The notes under the pieces: model-generated | Database searches by the model: none | The model's input: only the letters and a program-made list of their open reading frames with translations | What the model was told of the DNA's origin: nothing | Position numbers and translations under genes: made by a program | DNA from: an uncultured Planctomycetota bacterium | Lineage (GTDB): Bacteria; Planctomycetota; Planctomycetia; Isosphaerales; Isosphaeraceae | Direction of reading: 5' to 3' | Length of the DNA: 64,000 nt | Assembly (NCBI GenBank): GCA_963737655.1 | Contig: CAVTTN010000002.1 | Coordinates: 4,544,001 to 4,608,000 of the forward strand | Part shown: positions 59,038 through 64,000 of the stretch, piece after piece | Numbering within the stretch: position 1 is the first letter of the stretch | Layout of the letters: the number at the start of each line of letters is the position of its first letter

Positions 59038-60624
59038 ATGTCGCTCAAGGTCGCCAACCTCCGCCTGGCCCTCGATGAGCCCGAAGAGGCCCTGCCCGAC
59101 CACCTCGCGCACCGGTTGGGCGTGGGACGGGCCGACATCGCCCGATGGCGGATCTTGCGCAAGAGCCTGGACGCCAGGAAGCACGACGAGATCCATTTCG
59201 TCTACTCGGCCGAGGTCGAGATCCCCGGGGCCGAGGCCAGGATCGCCGGGCCGGACGTCGAGCGGTTCGAGCCCGTCGGATTCGACTGGCCGAGCCCCGG
59301 GCCAGGACGGCTGGCCCATCGGCCGGTGATCGTCGGATCGGGGCCGGCGGGCCTGTTCGCCGGGTATTTCCTGGCCCTGGACGGGTACTCGCCGATCGTC
59401 CTGGAGAGGGGCCGGGACGTGAAGGACCGCGTGGCCGACGTCCGCCGGTTCGACTCGGGGGGCACGCTCGACCCCGAGAGCAATTACCTCTTCGGCGAGG
59501 GCGGCGCCGGCACGTTCAGCGACGGCAAGCTCACCAGCCGCGGGACCGGGCCGGACGTCCAGAAAGTCCTCGAAGTGCTCAGCGAATGCCACGGGAAGCC
59601 GTCGCTGGTGTACGAGCACCGCCCTCATCTCGGATCGAACCGATTGCCGCTGGTCGTCCGGACCCTGAGGCGAAAGCTGGAGAACCTGGGCGGAGAAGTC
59701 CGGTTCTCGTGCCGGGTCGAGGATCTGGAGATCCAGGACGGGCGATTGACGGGCCTGGGCACCAGCTCGGGGCGGATCGCGGCGGACCTGGCCGTTTTGG
59801 CGATCGGCCATAGCGCGCGGGATACGTATTCGATGCTCCTGAGGCGGAACATCCCGCTCGAAGCCAAGGCGTTCCAGCTCGGGGTGAGGATCGAGCAGCC
59901 CCAGGAGCAGGTGGACGAGGCCCGGTACGGCCCGAGCGCGGGGCATTCGGCCCTGGGCGCGGCCGATTACAACCTGGTGGCGAACGTTCGAGGTCGGGAC
60001 CTCTTCACGTTCTGCATGTGCGCCGGCGGCTACGTGATGCCCAGCGTCAGCGAGCCGGGCTATTTCTGCACCAACGGGATGAGCGAGAGCCGGCACGACT
60101 CGCCGTTCGCCAACAGCGGGCTGGTGATGACGATCTCGCCCGAGGAGACCGGCAGCCGCCACCCCCTGGCCGGAGTCCATTATCAGCAACGGGCCGAGAG
60201 GCTCGCGTATCTGGCCGGAGGGCGGAAATACGAGGCGCCGATCCAGTGGGTGCGCGACTTCCTCGCCGATCGGCCGAGCCGGGGGCGGGTGCCCTCCAGC
60301 TACCCGAGGGGCGTGGCGCCGATCGACCTGGGCCTGATCCTCCCCCCGATCGTCCTGGAGACGCTGGAGCGAGGCTTGCCGATCCTCGACCGGCGGTTCG
60401 GCGGCCTGTTCTTGAAGAACGCGACGCTGACGGGCCCGGAATCGCGAGGGTCCTCGCCGGTGAGGATCCCTCGCGACGACCTGACCCGGCAATCGCCGAG
60501 CGTGGCGGGGCTGTATCCCTGCGGCGAGGGGGCCGGTTACGCCGGGGGGATCGTCAGCGCGGCCGTCGACGGCCTGAGGACGGCCCGCGCGATCGTCGCC
60601 CGGTTCGCGCCGGCCGGCCGATAG
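59038..60624 (+). CDS. FAD-dependent oxidoreductase (uncharacterised dehydrogenase family)
   Basis: VGSGPAG, FGEGGAGTFSDGKL, AIGHSARD, TFCMCAGG, PCGEGAGYAGGIVSAAVDG. Confidence 0.92.
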   Translation: MSLKVANLRLALDEPEEALPDHLAHRLGVGRADIARWRILRKSLDARKHDEIHFVYSAEVEIPGAEARIAGPDVERFEPVGFDWPSPGPGRLAHRPVIVGSGPAGLFAGYFLALDGYSPIVLERGRDVKDRVADVRRFDSGGTLDPESNYLFGEGGAGTFSDGKLTSRGTGPDVQKVLEVLSECHGKPSLVYEHRPHLGSNRLPLVVRTLRRKLENLGGEVRFSCRVEDLEIQDGRLTGLGTSSGRIAADLAVLAIGHSARDTYSMLLRRNIPLEAKAFQLGVRIEQPQEQVDEARYGPSAGHSALGAADYNLVANVRGRDLFTFCMCAGGYVMPSVSEPGYFCTNGMSESRHDSPFANSGLVMTISPEETGSRHPLAGVHYQQRAERLAYLAGGRKYEAPIQWVRDFLADRPSRGRVPSSYPRGVAPIDLGLILPPIVLETLERGLPILDRRFGGLFLKNATLTGPESRGSSPVRIPRDDLTRQSPSVAGLYPCGEGAGYAGGIVSAAVDGLRTARAIVARFAPAGR

Positions 60625-60645
60625 ATTCGATTGCGGCCCTCCTCC

Positions 60646-61338
60646 TCAGCGGGCCGCCGCGGCGAGCCGGGCGTGGGGCAAGACGGCCGTGGCCTCCGCG
60701 TCGGCGACGCCCTCGGTGATCAGGAACGGGGCGAACCCGCGATGGACCTTCTGGGAGACCCCGGCGAACCCGGCCCCCCGGAAGAGCTCGCGAAGCTGGC
60801 GGGCGGAGGCGTGATGCACGTCCCCTTCCACGCCCGCCACGCACACGTCGTAGATGAACCAGCCCCAGGGCCGATCGCGATAGCCGTCGATCAGCATCAG
60901 GCGGCCCTTGGGCTTCAGGACCCGATGCATCTCGGCCACGGCGCGGTCCTGATGCGGGTAGTGGTGGAAGCTATTGGCGCAGGTGATCACGTCGAACGAG
61001 CCGTCGGCGAACGGCAGGCGCTCGCTATCGCCCTGGATCGGGGTCACGTCGGCGGCGTGCCTCTTCCACCGCTCGGCCCCCTTGGCCAGCATCCCGCGGA
61101 CGAGGTCGATGCCCCAGACCTGCGCTTTCGGCAACGCCTCGCGAATCCTCGCCGCGAAGACGCCGGTGCCGCAGCCGACGTCGAGGATCTTGATCGGCCG
61201 GTCGCCGAACCGCCCCCGAATCCCCTTGATGATCGCCCGGTGAGACGGGCCGAACAACAGGGTCTGGAGGATGCAGCGGTCGTAATTCTCGCTCCAGCGA
61301 GTGAACTCGTGGGTCGCCTGGGTCTTGTCGTAAGCCAT
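60646..61338 (-). CDS. Class I SAM-dependent methyltransferase
   Basis: ILDVGCGTG, GDSERLPFADGSFD, EMHRVLKPKG. Confidence 0.93.
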   Translation of the reverse strand: MAYDKTQATHEFTRWSENYDRCILQTLLFGPSHRAIIKGIRGRFGDRPIKILDVGCGTGVFAARIREALPKAQVWGIDLVRGMLAKGAERWKRHAADVTPIQGDSERLPFADGSFDVITCANSFHHYPHQDRAVAEMHRVLKPKGRLMLIDGYRDRPWGWFIYDVCVAGVEGDVHHASARQLRELFRGAGFAGVSQKVHRGFAPFLITEGVADAEATAVLPHARLAAAAR

Positions 61339-61646
61339 GTCGCCTCCTTGCGCCCGTCGAAAGGTGGGGCGTAGAGTTATCCCATTTCTCGGATGAGAGC
61401 AAGAGCGATACCGAATTTGATCCGGGCGGAGGGATCATCGCCGAGTCACGGCTTGATCGCCAGGGCCCCGGGCCCGGCCCGATCGGATCGTTCGGCTCGC
61501 GGGCTGGCCTTCCGCGAGGGTCGTTTTCCGGTTAGAATCGGCCTCGGCTGGGGACGGCGCCCCCATCCGGAACCTGCTCGTCCCGGCCTTCGACCCGTTC
61601 GGGTCGTCGCGCGTGGGACGGTTTTCGAGGCTTTCCAGGAGGCGCC

Positions 61647-63044
61647 ATGACTCCCCTTCGCTGGCCGTCCGTCGTCGTTGCCGGACTCGCCCTCGCCCAG
61701 CTCCTGCCCGTTTCGGCCGGTTTCGCCGCCGATCGCGACCCGTCCGCCTTCTCGGGCCGGGCCCTGGCCGTCGTCGAGACGATCCTGAAGCACCATCCCG
61801 AGGCCCCCGCCCGCCAGGGCTTGATCCTCGGCGGCCTCCGCTCGGCGATGGACGAGGCGAAGCTCGCCGAGCCTCCCGGCCTGGCGGCCCGGGTCTCGGC
61901 GATCAGTGCGCCCGACGGGTTCGCGGCGATCCTGGCCGAGCTCATGCCGAAGGAGACGTCGGCCGACCCCGACATCCGGCCGGTTGAGGACGCCTTCTTC
62001 CGGGGGATGTTCGCGAACGTCCCGGGCGGGGCCGTCCTGATGGAGGCCAAGGAGGCCCGCGTGGCCGAGCAGATGGCCGGCAACCGCTACGTCGGCATCC
62101 AGGTCGCCCTGAGCCTCGAGACCGACGGCGTCAAGTTCCTCCAGATCTTTCCCGGAGGCCCCGCCGACCGCGCCGGGATCAAGACGGGCGACGTCCTGGA
62201 AGCCGTCGAGGGGGATTCGATCGTCGGCAAGCCGCTCCGCAAGGTGATCGACCTGCTTCGAGGGGCCGAGGGGACCGAGCTGACGGTCTCGGTCCGCACC
62301 CCCGGCGAGAAGGAGGCTCGGACGCGCCGGCTGACCCGGCTGGCCATGCCCCATCCGACGATCACCGGCCACGGGCCCGCCCCGGCCGACGTCTGGCTCG
62401 GTTCGTCCGAGGACGACCACCGCGTGGCCTACCTGAAGTTCGACGAGATCCTCGCCAGCACCCCCCACGAGCTCCGCACCCTGGCCCGATCCCTGGAAAA
62501 CCAGGGGGCGAAGTCGCTGGTCCTGGACCTCCGCAACGGGCAGCAGGCCCAGTTCCACCCGACCCTCCTGATCGCCGACAGCCTCCTCGAACGCGGTAAA
62601 ATCGGCCGGTCGCGAACCACCGATCGCGAGACGACCTACGAGGCCGACGCCGACGCCCTGCTCCCGGGCCTGCCGATGGCGGTCCTCGTCGGCGAGGAGA
62701 CCACCGGAGCGGCCGAATGGCTGGCCGCCGCGCTCCAGGACAACCATCGGGCCGTGATCGTCGGCCGGCCGACCCGAGGGTTCGGCGCGATCAAGACCAC
62801 CGTGCCCGTCGGCGAGACCGGCGACTCGCTCACGCTGACGACCGGCGAGCTCGAACGCGGAGACGGCCGACCGATCGGACCGAAGCTCTGGCCGGTCGTC
62901 GCGAACGTGGAATACCTCGGCCGGCCCACCCCTCGGGCGCTCCGGAGGCGCCGGAGCGGCCGAAATTCGGCGTCGTCCCCGACGTGCTCGCCAAGAAGGA
63001 CGACAAGGCCCCCGATGGCGATCGCGACCTCGCGGCCGAGTTGA
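61647..63044 (+). CDS. S41 (tail-specific protease) family protein with PDZ domain, catalytic residues substituted
   Basis: Signal peptide, YVGI, PGGPADRAGI, LRG.EGT, LVLDLR, VLVGEETTGAAE, ALQDN.RA.IVG; an alternative-frame C-terminus (FGVVPDV) suggests an indel and a true end near 63107; TAGAAT at 61533. Confidence 0.82.
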   Translation: MTPLRWPSVVVAGLALAQLLPVSAGFAADRDPSAFSGRALAVVETILKHHPEAPARQGLILGGLRSAMDEAKLAEPPGLAARVSAISAPDGFAAILAELMPKETSADPDIRPVEDAFFRGMFANVPGGAVLMEAKEARVAEQMAGNRYVGIQVALSLETDGVKFLQIFPGGPADRAGIKTGDVLEAVEGDSIVGKPLRKVIDLLRGAEGTELTVSVRTPGEKEARTRRLTRLAMPHPTITGHGPAPADVWLGSSEDDHRVAYLKFDEILASTPHELRTLARSLENQGAKSLVLDLRNGQQAQFHPTLLIADSLLERGKIGRSRTTDRETTYEADADALLPGLPMAVLVGEETTGAAEWLAAALQDNHRAVIVGRPTRGFGAIKTTVPVGETGDSLTLTTGELERGDGRPIGPKLWPVVANVEYLGRPTPRALRRRRSGRNSASSPTCSPRRTTRPPMAIATSRPS

Positions 63045-63107
63045 TGAGGAAGGCGATCGAGAAAGCGGCGACGACCGACACCCCTTCGAACCCGGAGCGG
63101 AAATCGA

Positions 63108-64000
63108 GCGCAGTCCTCTCGCAACGCCCCGGGCGTCGGGGTTCGGATCGGCCTGGTGCTCGTCGTCCTGACCGGCTCTCGGGCCGTCGCCGACGATGCC
63201 GGAGGCTTCCGGGCCGAGACGAAGGCCCGGCAACCCGGCTCGCTCGTCGTCGCCGACGGCGGCCGGCTCCTGCTCGTGGGCAACCACCGGTCGGGTTCGA
63301 TCTCGACGATCGACCTCTCCGCCGAACGGGTCGCGGCCGAGACGACCGTGGGACGAAGCCTCTCGGCGATGGCCGCCGTCCCGGGGGGCGATCGGCTGGT
63401 CGCGCTCGACCCGGATTCTCGCGCCCTGATCCTCCTGGATCGCCGAGGGACCGAAATCCGCGAGATCGCCCGGGCCGAGACCCCGGCCGATCCGTTCCGA
63501 GTGGCCGTTTCGCCCGACGGCAAGACGGTGGTGGTGGCGTCTCGGTGGACGCGGAGCCTCGGCCTCTTCCGAATCCCGGGCGAGAAGCCGGCGATCGAGG
63601 CGGTTCGGACCGTCGAAATGCCGTTTTCGCCGGGCGAGCTGGTGTTCCTGAGCGACGGCCCCTCGCTGGTCGTCGCCGACGCGTTCGGCGGGTCGATCGC
63701 GACGGTCGATCCGGTTTCGGGGGCGATCGGCGAGGTCCGCGGGCTCCCGGCCCACAACATCCGGGGGATGGCCGTCTCGCCCGACGGCCGGACCCTGGCC
63801 CTGGTCCATCAAACCCTGCATCGTCAGGCCCGATCGACGTTCGACGACGTGCATTGGGGGTCCTTGCTCAGCAACCATCTCCGCCTGGTTCGCGTGACGG
63901 ACCTGAAAACGGCCGGGCCGCTCAACGCCCGGGTCGTCGATCTGGACGAGGTCGCCCACGCGGCCGGAGACCCCTCGGCCGTGGCGTTCGCTCCCGACGG
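63108..64000 (+). CDS. Secreted YVTN-type beta-propeller protein (start unclear, 3'-truncated)
   Basis: Open frame to the window end: hydrophobic signal, VGNHRSGSISTIDL, VAVSPDG, VADAFGG, HNIRGMAVSPDG, GDPSAVAFAPDG. Confidence 0.75.

Noticed and set aside
1..64000. tRNA, rRNA, prophage, integron or known defence systems
   Set aside because: No cloverleaf, rRNA-like tract, integrase, phage or recognisable defence genes found by eye; the hairpins lack attC GTTRRRY ends

Overview
GC-rich (about 70% by eye) bacterial chromosomal segment, most likely from a planctomycete. This rests on the RRR..LRVEGLENRDLMA N-terminal motif, four eukaryotic-type Ser/Thr kinases, an FHA-GAF-SpoIIE phosphatase and very large ResB/CcsA proteins. 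About 47 CDSs are present. Housekeeping genes: glmU, gatC-gatA-gatB, iscS-iscA, system II cytochrome c biogenesis and dehydrogenases. The window also holds signalling kinases, glycosyltransferases, one complete ISAzo13-family IS and at least eight long intergenic palindromes (several GTAG-footed REP doublets, two nested). No rRNA, tRNA, CRISPR or prophage was seen. More than ten single-base frameshifts, including a compensating pair inside essential gatA, indicate an error-prone assembly, so broken ORFs are not called pseudogenes. Best candidates for undescribed biology: (1) a GT2 + BshC-like ligase + Eis-like acetyltransferase cluster; (2) a HEPN protein with a non-canonical partner between gatA and gatB; (3) a stand-alone Fic enzyme with an effector-like HGYTDGNGR motif; (4) several apparent pseudoenzymes (GH10, S41, a kinase-RDD duplication). 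All family assignments are by motif recognition, not database search.
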